A DNA stretch of 44,245 nucleotides from Escherichia phage SM_W22, in sequence record PP920555.1. One strand, written 5' to 3'. The notes beneath the pieces are model-generated. The model was not told the DNA's origin and searched no databases. It was given only the letters and a program-made list of their open reading frames with translations. The number at the start of each line of letters is the position of its first letter. The stretch's first letter is position 1. Of this stretch, positions 17,789 to 26,908 are shown in pieces. The translations under genes and the position numbers were made by a program.

Positions 17789-20700
17789 CGATTATCTACG
17801 ACGTCACAGGGCATAAAGGCGGCGGCGGCAAACAGCACACCCCACAGGAGACGCCAGATAGCCTGCATTCGCTGGCTAAAATCCGCATCTTGCTTGCGCT
17901 GGGGGAAGGGGAATTCGAAAGTATTACCAGCGCCAGCGAATTGCGGCAGCGTGTTTACCTTGATGGAACGCCGATCCAGAACGCTGACTTGTCCGAAAAC
18001 TTCCCTGGCGCGCGTGTGGAGTTCCGCCCCGGCACACAGCACCAGGATGTGATCCACGGATTTTCAGCGGTGGAAAGTGAGCAATCTGTCGGCGTAAAAC
18101 TGGAAAACGGTACGCCGTGGGTACGCCAGATTAACGATACCAGTCTGGACGCCGTTCGCATTCGCATCGGAATTCCGGCCCTGTACACTAACGAAGATAA
18201 TGGCGACCTGGTTGGCGGACGCATTGACTATAAGATCGTTGTGTATACGGATAACGCCGACCCGCGTGAGTTCAGATTCGCCGCCGTTGGTAAAACAATG
18301 TCGCTGTATGAGCGCGACCACCGCATCGAATTACCGCCGAACGTGAATACCGGCTGGCGCGTGGAGGTGCACCGCATAACGGCAGACTCCACATCGGCGA
18401 AAGTGGTGAACAATATTCAGGTACAATCAATTACTGAGATTATCGACGCCCGCCTGCGCTACCCGCTAACCGCGCTGTTATTCGTGGAGTTCGACGCTAA
18501 AGCGTTCCAGAACATCCCGCGCGTGTCCATTAAGTGCAAAGGCCGCAAAGTGCTGGTTCCGAACAACTACGACCCGATCAACCATACCTATTCGGGCGAC
18601 TGGGACGGGACGTTTAAACGCGCATGGACGGATAACCCTGCGTGGCACTGGTATGACATTTGTATTACTGAGCGCTTCGGCCTCGGTCGGCGTATCAAAC
18701 CGCAAATGCTAAACCGATACGCGCTCTACCAGATTGCGCAGCGCTGCGATCAGTTGGTCAGCGACGGCAACGGTGGCCGAGAAATCCGCTTTAAGAATGA
18801 TATGTACATTCAGTCACAGACGGATGCCTGGACCGTGCTTAAGGATTTAGCCGCCATCTTCGCCGGAATGACCTGGTGGGGCAACCAGATGTTGAATATC
18901 GTCAGTGACCAACCGGTCGCAGCAGTGTCGCACACTATCACCAACGCCTCGGTTATTGATGGGCGCTTCGACTACGCGTCCGGTAGCCAGAAAACTCGGT
19001 ACTCCACGTTCGCAGTAGCATACGGCAACCCGAAGAACCACTATGAAGATGCTATCGCAACGGGGCAACGTGTCGAACTGGTACGCCGCCATAAGATTAA
19101 CCGTCTCGATATTACGGCGATCGGCTGTACGCGTGAATCTGAAGCGCAGCGTCGCGGGCACTGGGCGCTAATTTCCAACCAGCTTGACCAGCAAGTTAGC
19201 TTTAAAGTTGGCATGGAAGGGTTATTCTTTATTCCCGGTAGCGTAGTCGCGATCGCGGATACAAACATTTCTGGCGGTTTTGAGACGCGCGGCGGTCGAC
19301 TGTTGTCGGACCCCGGAACTCGTACCGTGCTGAACACGGACAGCGAAATCACATTCCGCCCTGGCGATAAGTTCCTGGTACGCACCGATAGCGGTAATGT
19401 GGAGACTCGCGAGATCGCCAGCGTCAACGGCAACAAGGTAACGCTAAAAACCGCACTGGACGCCAACCCTATTCCTGACCAGCCGTTTTGCGTTGATGGC
19501 GACGATATCCAGTTGCAGAAATTCCGCATCACCGACCTGGAGTATGACGACTCTACGAGCACTTTCTCGGTGCGCGGGATTGAGTACAACGATAGCAAGT
19601 ATGATGCCGTTGATAATGGCGCGCGCCTTGATCCGGGTATCTTTACGCAAGTGCCTGACGGGGTAATGAAGGGGCCGGAATCCGTGACCATCACCCCGTC
19701 GCAGATTTCATCGCAAGGCCAGCTAATCACCAACGTGGATATTGTGTTCCCGCCGGTGAAGGATGCCGTTGTTTATGAGATCCAGTGGCGACGTACCAGC
19801 TTGCAGAATATGGCGGTCCAGTGGGGGAACGACTGGGTAAACATCCCTCGCACGGCATCGAACGGCGCTCACATCCCCAACGTGTTCTCCGGTAACTACC
19901 AGGCACGCGTCCGCGCAATCAGTATGGGCGAGATTTCATCCCCGTGGGTGTCGTCCGCTATCACGCCGGTGGAAGGTCGTCTCGGCGGTCTTAACGCGCC
20001 TATCATCACCAACGCGATTTCGGGCCTTCACCAAATTTTGTGGAAGTGGAACCACAACAACGCCGCGACGGATATTTCGTACACCGAGCTTGAAGTTCGC
20101 AAGACGGGTGAAACGGAATGGAAATTCCTAACCAACGTCCCATACCCGGGGTCGGAGTATGCGCAAACGTCGCTGGAGTTCGGCATCTATCAGCAGTTGC
20201 GCGCCCGTGTAGCGGATAAAATCGGCAACCTGTCGGACTGGTCGGCCCCGTTTGAAGGGCAGGTGAGTGACAATGTTGACGAGTATATGAAGGGGCTTGA
20301 CGACGCGTTTTTGACTTCAGAGGATGGTAAACGCTTCCAGGAAGCGATCGACACCATGCCGCAAGGCATTTATGAGGCCATGCTCACCGACGCGCAGCAA
20401 TTGTTCAACGCCCGCGCTGAGTATAAAGGGATTTATGCAGAAATCTCTGTCGCGTATAACGTGGCGGCAGATGCCCACCAGGCGGTAGCGCAACTGGAAA
20501 CGTTGATCGGTACTCGCCTTGATGACGCGGAAGCTGCGATCCACACGTTGCAGACCGCGCAGAGCACACAGGAACAAGCGTTCGCCCAGTACCAGCAAAC
20601 TGTTGCCGCTAAGTTCGGGGAACAGGAAGCCGCCATCCAGCAGGTACAAACGGCAACCGCAGACGTGGCGGGAGCGCTGGCGGAATATAAGACCCAGGTC

Positions 20701-21204
20701 GCTACACAGTTCGGTCAGCAGTCCGCCGCTATCGAGCAGAAGATGACGTCCTCGTTTAACCACTCTGGTGGTAGCGCCACGTATAGCCTTAAGGCTGGCG
20801 TGACATATAACGGGACTTATTATGATGCGGGTATGCAGCTTTCCGTTGTGACGTCTGGCAACGCGGTTAAATCGCGTATTGCGTTCAAGGCGGACCAGTT
20901 CTACATCATGCATCCGTCCAATGGGACGCTGTCGTCTGCGTTTATTGTGGACGGTGGCGCGGTGTATATCGACACGGCACGCATCAAGAACGCGTCCATC
21001 AACTTCGCGCAGATAACAGACACGCTGCAATCGAATAACTACGACGGCAGCACGCGCGGCTGGCGCTTAGGGAAAGATGGAACGTTTATCAACCTGGGCA
21101 CCGGTAGCGGCGGCGGGATGAAACAGACGAACACAAGAATCAGCGTGAAGGACGGAAACGGCGTTCTCCGCGTGCAGATTGGTGAGCTTACTGGTAGCTG
21201 GTAG
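17785..21204 (+). CDS. Host specificity protein J-like (central tail fiber / tip attachment)
   Basis: 1139 aa; N-terminus strongly resembles lambda gpJ-type proteins; canonical position. Confidence 0.85.
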   Translation: MTIIYDVTGHKGGGGKQHTPQETPDSLHSLAKIRILLALGEGEFESITSASELRQRVYLDGTPIQNADLSENFPGARVEFRPGTQHQDVIHGFSAVESEQSVGVKLENGTPWVRQINDTSLDAVRIRIGIPALYTNEDNGDLVGGRIDYKIVVYTDNADPREFRFAAVGKTMSLYERDHRIELPPNVNTGWRVEVHRITADSTSAKVVNNIQVQSITEIIDARLRYPLTALLFVEFDAKAFQNIPRVSIKCKGRKVLVPNNYDPINHTYSGDWDGTFKRAWTDNPAWHWYDICITERFGLGRRIKPQMLNRYALYQIAQRCDQLVSDGNGGREIRFKNDMYIQSQTDAWTVLKDLAAIFAGMTWWGNQMLNIVSDQPVAAVSHTITNASVIDGRFDYASGSQKTRYSTFAVAYGNPKNHYEDAIATGQRVELVRRHKINRLDITAIGCTRESEAQRRGHWALISNQLDQQVSFKVGMEGLFFIPGSVVAIADTNISGGFETRGGRLLSDPGTRTVLNTDSEITFRPGDKFLVRTDSGNVETREIASVNGNKVTLKTALDANPIPDQPFCVDGDDIQLQKFRITDLEYDDSTSTFSVRGIEYNDSKYDAVDNGARLDPGIFTQVPDGVMKGPESVTITPSQISSQGQLITNVDIVFPPVKDAVVYEIQWRRTSLQNMAVQWGNDWVNIPRTASNGAHIPNVFSGNYQARVRAISMGEISSPWVSSAITPVEGRLGGLNAPIITNAISGLHQILWKWNHNNAATDISYTELEVRKTGETEWKFLTNVPYPGSEYAQTSLEFGIYQQLRARVADKIGNLSDWSAPFEGQVSDNVDEYMKGLDDAFLTSEDGKRFQEAIDTMPQGIYEAMLTDAQQLFNARAEYKGIYAEISVAYNVAADAHQAVAQLETLIGTRLDDAEAAIHTLQTAQSTQEQAFAQYQQTVAAKFGEQEAAIQQVQTATADVAGALAEYKTQVATQFGQQSAAIEQKMTSSFNHSGGSATYSLKAGVTYNGTYYDAGMQLSVVTSGNAVKSRIAFKADQFYIMHPSNGTLSSAFIVDGGAVYIDTARIKNASINFAQITDTLQSNNYDGSTRGWRLGKDGTFINLGTGSGGGMKQTNTRISVKDGNGVLRVQIGELTGSW

Positions 21205-21206
21205 TA

Positions 21207-21228
21207 TAGGGGCTTCGGCCCCTTTTTA
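21207..21228 (+). terminator. Intrinsic terminator after J-like gene
   Basis: AGGGGC-ttcg-GCCCCT hairpin followed by TTTTT. Confidence 0.75.
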
Positions 21229-21240
21229 ACGAGGTTATTT

Positions 21241-21543
21241 ATGGCATTCGGTATCGCAACGTGGGACGCGCAAGGACGCCCAAACAACTACGGCATTAAA
21301 CCGGTAAGCGTGATCGGAAGGATTCATCTTGCGGAAGGACAAAAATCAGGCGCATGGTCATTCCCTGTACCGGCGGGGATGAAGGTCGGATACGTGGTCG
21401 CACTGGATAAAGGCGCGGTCGGGCCAGGCCGCAGAATAACCGCCAGCGGGAACACTATCACGGTTTCCGCGGCAAGTGCGGTAGGTGGCGGGGTTTACTC
21501 CGCATCTGAATGTGACGTTATTGTTTTTGTGGAGCGAGCATAA
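21241..21543 (+). CDS. Hypothetical protein (tail-associated?)
   Basis: 100 aa ORF after J terminator; no motif recognised. Confidence 0.45.
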   Translation: MAFGIATWDAQGRPNNYGIKPVSVIGRIHLAEGQKSGAWSFPVPAGMKVGYVVALDKGAVGPGRRITASGNTITVSAASAVGGGVYSASECDVIVFVERA

Positions 21544-22217
21544 TGGCTAATTACGGCGCGTTGATTGACTTACCAAACGGCAACCCGTTTATCACACCAG
21601 AATCGACGCCGTTTTGTCTATTCCGCCGTGTGGTTGTTGGGTCTTCGGCTAACGGCACTGCGCAGTCGGCGGCTGCCGATATTAATTTGGGTGGTGACTA
21701 CCCTGCAATAGCGTTTGTGAAAACTACGCACACCGCCCAGCCGACCGTCGTAGGGTCTTCTCGCGTTGGTAATGTGGTGAAGGTGAGCGCCAGCAATCCA
21801 TTCGGGAAAGGCTTCACGATGACGGCTTACATCTTTGCCATATTCCCACAGACCCTTCCGCGGTGGGGCTTCGCTATTTGGGATAAGACGGGGAAGCTAG
21901 TGCTTACTAATGAGAGTCGCGTACTAAGCGATTTAGTTACCGTCGGATCGCCAGGCGCTAACGGGGGGATTAACATTGACCAGACGCTAAATGGCAGCTA
22001 CGCCGTCGCTCCGGGCATATTGGGGTCTACGCTGATCCGGTTTTTTGTGCAGGGCCAGCCGCAAGTAATATCGGTAACGGCGTACACGGGGGCCAGATTT
22101 GATGGGTCGCGAACGCGTATATCGGCAGCGTCGGCGGGGAACGCCACGGGGGATGTGGTGGGGTATACTAACAACGGCAACGCGATTATGGCGATTAACA
22201 CGGCCAATTATGATTGA
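21543..22217 (+). CDS. Hypothetical protein (tail-associated?)
   Basis: 224 aa ORF, ATGA-coupled to upstream ORF; Gly/Ser/Thr/Asn-rich like fibre accessory proteins. Confidence 0.45.
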   Translation: MANYGALIDLPNGNPFITPESTPFCLFRRVVVGSSANGTAQSAAADINLGGDYPAIAFVKTTHTAQPTVVGSSRVGNVVKVSASNPFGKGFTMTAYIFAIFPQTLPRWGFAIWDKTGKLVLTNESRVLSDLVTVGSPGANGGINIDQTLNGSYAVAPGILGSTLIRFFVQGQPQVISVTAYTGARFDGSRTRISAASAGNATGDVVGYTNNGNAIMAINTANYD

Positions 22218-22239
22218 AGAAAATCCCCTTTCGGGGATT
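22216..22239 (-). terminator. Hairpin terminator between convergent genes (T-run on minus strand)
   Basis: AATCCCC-tttc-GGGGATT hairpin with A-run on plus side (T-run for minus transcript). Confidence 0.6.
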
Positions 22240-22456
22240 ATTCGCAGGTGGTGTTTTTGAAATGGTCTACCGACACGTACTGGAAGCTAAACGGATAACC
22301 CGCCCTTAGCATTTTATGCCCGGAGAAGTCCGCAACACCATACACAGGGACCACATAATCCATGCCGCTATTCTGGTATGTGGCGTCGCAGACTTTAGCG
22401 GGCATGTCGGCACAACCTGACAAAAGAACCGCACAAATCATAATTAAAGTTTTCAT
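22238..22456 (-). CDS. Small lipoprotein, candidate superinfection-exclusion / receptor-blocking protein (T5 Llp / Cor-like by architecture)
   Basis: Signal peptide MKTLIMICAVLLSGC with lipobox; about 57 aa mature protein with 2 further Cys; antisense and divergent from tail fiber gene. Confidence 0.6.
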   Translation of the reverse strand: MKTLIMICAVLLSGCADMPAKVCDATYQNSGMDYVVPVYGVADFSGHKMLRAGYPFSFQYVSVDHFKNTTCE

Positions 22457-22512
22457 GGTATCATCCTCTATATATTTGGTTGAGTTTTAGTATTACACCG
22501 CTCAACCAGGAT

Positions 22513-22522
22513 TGCAACCAAT
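22513..22522. promoter_or_regulatory. TGCAACCAAT motif upstream of tail fiber gene
   Basis: Motif in 82 bp divergent intergenic region between lipoprotein and fiber genes. Confidence 0.35.
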
Positions 22523-22538
22523 TTATGAGGATTTAGCT

Positions 22539-24128
22539 ATGGCAGCGGGTACGCTATCCGTAACGAACAATAGCACGGCGGTAGTAGGAGTCGGCACAAC
22601 GTTTACCGCGTTTAAAGCTGGCGACTTCTTAACGCTGGTGGTAGGACAAGTGCCTTACACAGTGGCGATCGCATCAATCGAAAGTAACACGGCGCTTACG
22701 CTGGTGTTGCCGTTCGACGGCCCAACGGCAACCGGCCTTGCTTGGGATGGTGTTAAGCGCGATACCATGTCGCTGGCAACGATGGGCGTTACCGTACAGG
22801 CCCAAAAAGCATTGCGCTTGATGATTGCAGATGAAAACAACTGGCGTGCAATCTTCGGCGATGCTGAAGAAATCACAGTCACGCTCCCGAACGGGCAAGT
22901 TATGCAGGGTATGTCGTGGGGCTACCTGTCGTCTTTGCTGAAGGAAGTAGACCCCGTTGAGATGCGCAACCTGCAACAACAAGCCGCCGCATCGGAAGCA
23001 GCCGCGCAAGGATTTCGCAATGAGGCCGAACAATTCGCTAATAGTGTTAACCCGGAAAACCTACTTGCGAAGGCCAACAACTTAAGTGATGTTGCGGATG
23101 TGGCTGTGGCGCGCGAAAACATTGGTGTAGACCGCCTAACGCAAAACATAACCAGCGGCGAAACACAAATCAGGACTGCGGCGAAGAATAAATGGATCTT
23201 CGTTAAGGAAAATGGCGACTGGGGTGGGTGGGATAATGCCAACAATAAAGCTATGCCGCTGCCGATTGCATTCGGTGGTACGGGGCGCGGCGATAACGTC
23301 GCCGAGTTCCGCCAATTCAAATCAAACGGCGACACCCAAGATGGGTTAATCATTACGCAGAACGGGTCTGGATTTGGTGGTGTATGCTGGGGGGATTCCG
23401 CCGATAAAGTACGCTGGCGCATGGGGATTAACGACGCCGCGGGTAATTTTAAGTTGCACTCATATGACGCGTCGGGCGCGTACCGCGATACCTTTATGGA
23501 GATCTCTGGATCGGGGATAAGCGGCATGGTGTGTCATCGAGATATCACGGTCCGCCCAACAGAGACAGCTCCAGTGTTGTCTTTCGTCCTAAACAACGGA
23601 AAAGCTACCGTCCCGGCTGGTAACGTCCGCACGATGTGGGATACGGTTAACATCAATAGTAATCTAATCTATAAATATTTTGAGAAGGGCGACGGCACGG
23701 GCTTTACGATCAATTGGCCTTCATCTGGTGGTGTTCTTGCCTTGCAAGGCACATCGGGGCGGGACTTTAAGAAAGATATTGTCGATGCAGACGTTACAGA
23801 AGCGGTTGCACGCATTGAACAAATGCGCATGGTGCGCTACGTGTATAAGGACGATGTGCAGGAGCGCGTCCGCTTCGGCATCATTGCCGAGGAAGCAGAA
23901 GAGATCGCGCCTCAATACATCAAACACCGTGAGGAGACGTACGATGTGGAGGTGGACCCCGAGACTAACTCCATCGTCGGGGGTAAGACGCGCGACCGTC
24001 CGTCGGTAGACGTTAACCCTATCGTGATGGACTTGATGGGGTGCGCACAATATGCGATCGCTGAGTGTAAACGCCTGGCGGCGGAAGTGGAGGATTTGAA
24101 AGCCGAGATCGCGGCGCTGAAGAAATAA
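22539..24128 (+). CDS. Tail fiber protein with C-terminal intramolecular chaperone (peptidase S74-like) domain
   Basis: Track ORF trimmed to Met with GAGGA RBS; fibre-like N-terminus; C-terminal GRDFKKDI...YVYKDD segment and terminal coiled coil typical of autocleaving chaperone domains. Confidence 0.65.
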   Translation: MAAGTLSVTNNSTAVVGVGTTFTAFKAGDFLTLVVGQVPYTVAIASIESNTALTLVLPFDGPTATGLAWDGVKRDTMSLATMGVTVQAQKALRLMIADENNWRAIFGDAEEITVTLPNGQVMQGMSWGYLSSLLKEVDPVEMRNLQQQAAASEAAAQGFRNEAEQFANSVNPENLLAKANNLSDVADVAVARENIGVDRLTQNITSGETQIRTAAKNKWIFVKENGDWGGWDNANNKAMPLPIAFGGTGRGDNVAEFRQFKSNGDTQDGLIITQNGSGFGGVCWGDSADKVRWRMGINDAAGNFKLHSYDASGAYRDTFMEISGSGISGMVCHRDITVRPTETAPVLSFVLNNGKATVPAGNVRTMWDTVNINSNLIYKYFEKGDGTGFTINWPSSGGVLALQGTSGRDFKKDIVDADVTEAVARIEQMRMVRYVYKDDVQERVRFGIIAEEAEEIAPQYIKHREETYDVEVDPETNSIVGGKTRDRPSVDVNPIVMDLMGCAQYAIAECKRLAAEVEDLKAEIAALKK

Positions 24129-24134
24129 ATAGAA

Positions 24135-24158
24135 GGGGCCATGCGGCCCCTTTTTTAG
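24135..24158. terminator. Bidirectional intrinsic terminator between late and replication modules
   Basis: GGGGCC-atgc-GGCCCC hairpin followed by T6; convergent gene ends on both sides. Confidence 0.8.
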
Positions 24159-24730
24159 TTTGAGTTTTCCCAATCCATTTTACGCCGCACCAGAGGGCTT
24201 TCGTAATATTCCTTGCCCTCCACTTCCACTAAGGGCCAATCATTAACAATCACGTAAGGCTCCGCGATATCTTCAATAACGCCGTGCGCGCTTTGCGGCC
24301 CTAACGACACACCAACCAGGATAACACCGGCAACACGACGGGCAAGATACTCGCGAGCGCAGCGTGCCTCTACCAGTCCGCGACGGATGCCGCTGGTGGC
24401 CTTAACTTCGTAGGTCCATACGGCATCGATCACATGCTCGCGGAAGTCGGGGCCGGACTTAACTTTGCGCTTGCCGACCATGATGATATCGCCGCGGTCA
24501 ATGGTATTGGCGCTAAACAGGCCGGTACGCATTAGCAAGCCTTGAGGAATACAACTGCGCCCTCCTGCCTGCCCTTCAAGATACATGCCTGCAAACATCT
24601 CGCCCAGCACACCGACCAGTCGGCTTTGCTTGCACACGTCAGACTTTAAGCGCCACTGGTCAAACTCGATGCTTGCTATCATTGCCGCCAGGTGGAATTG
24701 TTTACCGGATATTTCATATTCGCCGTACAT
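24155..24730 (-). CDS. Putative PD-(D/E)XK nuclease (possibly endonuclease I-like junction resolvase)
   Basis: 191 aa; GPDF...(about 12 aa)...YEVKATSG pattern resembles PD...(D/E)xK core; last gene of minus operon. Confidence 0.4.
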   Translation of the reverse strand: MYGEYEISGKQFHLAAMIASIEFDQWRLKSDVCKQSRLVGVLGEMFAGMYLEGQAGGRSCIPQGLLMRTGLFSANTIDRGDIIMVGKRKVKSGPDFREHVIDAVWTYEVKATSGIRRGLVEARCAREYLARRVAGVILVGVSLGPQSAHGVIEDIAEPYVIVNDWPLVEVEGKEYYESPLVRRKMDWENSN

Positions 24731-24772
24731 TGTGATCCCCTCATTGATGCGGGCCTAAGCCCGCGATTAGAA

Positions 24773-25327
24773 TTATTTCAGTGCGCCAGTCACCAGTGTT
24801 TTTTCCATGTTGCGGAAGTCTTCCGGCGTCATGAGGATTTTGGACCCATCCTCGCCAGTGAGCACGACCATAGGCTGGACGTCCTGGGCTACGACGCCGA
24901 AATCGGCGGCTTTAACAGTCTTCCCGAACGAGGCTACCACACCCTCGGCAACGCGCATTGCACTGTTATACGCATTAATCTCGCCGTCAAGACGCACGGA
25001 CAGATCTTTGAGGCTTTCAAACTGTTCTGCCGTTGTATCGATCTGAATCTCGTCGTGTACGGTCATGTACGACTCGCCCAGCAAAGCCGCATACGCTACC
25101 AGGTCGACGATATTGTCTTCCTGGTGCTTACGGTGCTGGCGCACCAGCTTCAGGCAGATCAGGAAGGTCCATGCTTCTTGCTCGGTCAGGTCGCGACCGG
25201 TAAGCGCGTTAAACACGGCGGCAATTTGTTTCGCGCTGCGTTCCTCTTTCGCGTTGTCATAGCCGTTTGCTTTCCCGCGCTGTTCCATAGTGGTGGCGGC
25301 GTTTTTGCAGTATTCGTATGCTTTCAT
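24773..25327 (-). CDS. Hypothetical protein
   Basis: 184 aa ORF with protein-like composition; no motif confidently recognised. Confidence 0.5.
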   Translation of the reverse strand: MKAYEYCKNAATTMEQRGKANGYDNAKEERSAKQIAAVFNALTGRDLTEQEAWTFLICLKLVRQHRKHQEDNIVDLVAYAALLGESYMTVHDEIQIDTTAEQFESLKDLSVRLDGEINAYNSAMRVAEGVVASFGKTVKAADFGVVAQDVQPMVVLTGEDGSKILMTPEDFRNMEKTLVTGALK

Positions 25328-25379
25328 GATGTTTTCCTTTTTAGTGGGAGGCGGTATTGCCCCCGACGAGTTAACTATA

Positions 25380-25403
25380 TTGCAACCAACCTATTGGTTG
25401 CAA
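25380..25403. promoter_or_regulatory. Palindromic pair of TTGCAACCAA motifs
   Basis: TTGCAACCAA-ccta-TTGGTTGCAA perfect inverted repeat; third partial copy TTGCAACG about 10 bp downstream. Confidence 0.45.
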
Positions 25404-25723
25404 GTGAATTTTGCAACGTTTATTGCGTAAATTTTCGGAACCAGATCGCCACACGCCCGACGAATTGCCGCGATGTTCTTCTCGCAATCTTCAATGATGA
25501 CCAGTTCCGACACGTCTGCGTAGCAGACCATTTTGAACACGGCGCACGCCTTAAACTCTGGCGGCGGGGTGTCGTCCAGCATGTGGCGCATGAACAATCG
25601 ACCTACGGGGAAGACCTTCAGTTGTTCGGCGGTCGTGTCCCAACATTCGCGCTGCCGGTTTGTCAGATACGCGATCTCGAAGCCTTGCTCTTTGTACATG
25701 CGCAGCAGCGGCAGCATATCCAT
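25391..25723 (-). CDS. HAD-like hydrolase C-terminal portion (gene appears frameshifted relative to upstream ORF 25551..25937)
   Basis: LPLLRMYKEQGFEIAYLTNRQ and MLDDTPP resemble HAD motifs II-IV; an N-terminal VDRDPAVVD motif-I-like segment lies in another frame upstream. Confidence 0.4.
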   Translation of the reverse strand: MDMLPLLRMYKEQGFEIAYLTNRQRECWDTTAEQLKVFPVGRLFMRHMLDDTPPPEFKACAVFKMVCYADVSELVIIEDCEKNIAAIRRACGDLVPKIYAINVAKFTCNQ

Positions 25724-25917
25724 GTTCAGATCTTCGCGGACGTGCGCTTCGCGCAGTAAAGGAGTTGCACACGAAATGGCAACGCTGAGTCATGACAAGC
25801 CAACCGGTGAGGTCAAGGCCCAGGATGTATTCGGGGCGAGACGCGCGCACCACACGATTGCGTCGCGGGTCAATACCGTAGTCTTTTTGCATTTGGTCTA
25901 CTACCGCGGGGTCGCGG

Positions 25918-26403
25918 TCAACGATTAAGATATTCAAGGAGTTCTCCTTCGCTCATTATTTCAATTTGTGCGCTGCCGATGGGCGGCGCTTCGTCAAATA
26001 TTATCAATTGCTGGCATTTGTTATTGCTCGGCCCGACTTCACCGGTGACGGCGTGAATGAATCTAATCCGCCAGTCCAGAAGAATTATCAGGTTTGCAGT
26101 CTTCCGGGCCATCCTCGCCCACTTCGTCGACGTGTCCTGATTCAGCAGCATGACAGTCCGGCGTCCGTGCGCCGCGCACTCTACCCACGGCAGCGGATCG
26201 GAATACGGCGGATTGCACCACTTCCACCCTTTCAACTCGGACCAGTCCACATCAAGCGCGCTATGTTCTGCTGTGAAGTAACGCGGTAGCAGGTGGTTGG
26301 CATCGCTTGCCGCCATATCGTAACGGAATCGGTATTTCCGACGAAGCGGTTTGAATAAAGCTGGCGGCGTGCGCCAGCTATCTTTTTGCTCACTCTCCGT
26401 CAT
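25918..26403 (-). CDS. DNA N6-adenine methyltransferase (phage Dam family)
   Basis: WRTPPALF near N-terminus and NPPYS catalytic motif; track ORF trimmed to Met at 26403 giving a 14-nt overlap with upstream gene. Confidence 0.75.
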   Translation of the reverse strand: MTESEQKDSWRTPPALFKPLRRKYRFRYDMAASDANHLLPRYFTAEHSALDVDWSELKGWKWCNPPYSDPLPWVECAAHGRRTVMLLNQDTSTKWARMARKTANLIILLDWRIRFIHAVTGEVGPSNNKCQQLIIFDEAPPIGSAQIEIMSEGELLEYLNR

Positions 26404-26854
26404 TCTGCGGGTCCAGTGCGTAAAGGGCAATCTTTTCGCCTTTGCCTCGGGTAAGTACGCGCTGGACCCGCGCCATCTCATCCTTGCCAAGAGGTCGGCA
26501 ATCGGAATAGTAGCTGCCGTTCGCACGCCACGCTACCAGCACCAGGTCTTTCCTGTCGATCGAAGACCGGCGACCCTTCGGGCGCACGTATTCCTCGGCC
26601 CGTTTGCAATGCTCGCGCAGGCCGTCGGCGGTGATGCGGTTTAGCGCAACGCTGGTTGTGTATCCGGTGCGCTGCATAATCCCCATCAATTCGAAAAGTA
26701 GTTCGAAGCGCTCCTCTATCTCCTGGCGCACTTTCTTCTCGCCTTCGTATAGCGCCTGGTTGGTGTCCGCCAGCGCGCTGACGCGTTCGACCTGTTCGCG
26801 GGCTTCGAGGCATTGCGCGGCCCAGTAATTTTTCTCTTCTTGTAAAATTTTCAT
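26390..26854 (-). CDS. Hypothetical protein (coiled-coil N-terminus)
   Basis: 154 aa ORF; no motif recognised. Confidence 0.5.
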   Translation of the reverse strand: MKILQEEKNYWAAQCLEAREQVERVSALADTNQALYEGEKKVRQEIEERFELLFELMGIMQRTGYTTSVALNRITADGLREHCKRAEEYVRPKGRRSSIDRKDLVLVAWRANGSYYSDCRPLGKDEMARVQRVLTRGKGEKIALYALDPQNDGE

Positions 26855-26908
26855 CGTGTTGTCTCCAGGTATTAAAAAAGGCGTCCAAACCGGACACCCT
26901 TAAGATAA

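Noticed and set aside
19041-19733. 230-aa minus-strand ORF inside the J-like gene
   Set aside because: Entirely antisense to the well-supported J-like gene; Ser/Pro/Arg-rich composition typical of a spurious frame.
24692-25759. Long plus-strand ORF (355 aa) in the replication module
   Set aside because: Antisense to several minus-strand genes with better protein-like composition; Cys/His/Phe-rich sequence typical of a spurious antisense frame.
25551-25937. 128-aa minus-strand ORF as an intact gene
   Set aside because: Its second half is Arg/Ala-rich junk overlapping the better-supported frame of 25391..25723; treated as the 5' part of a frameshifted gene, not an independent CDS.
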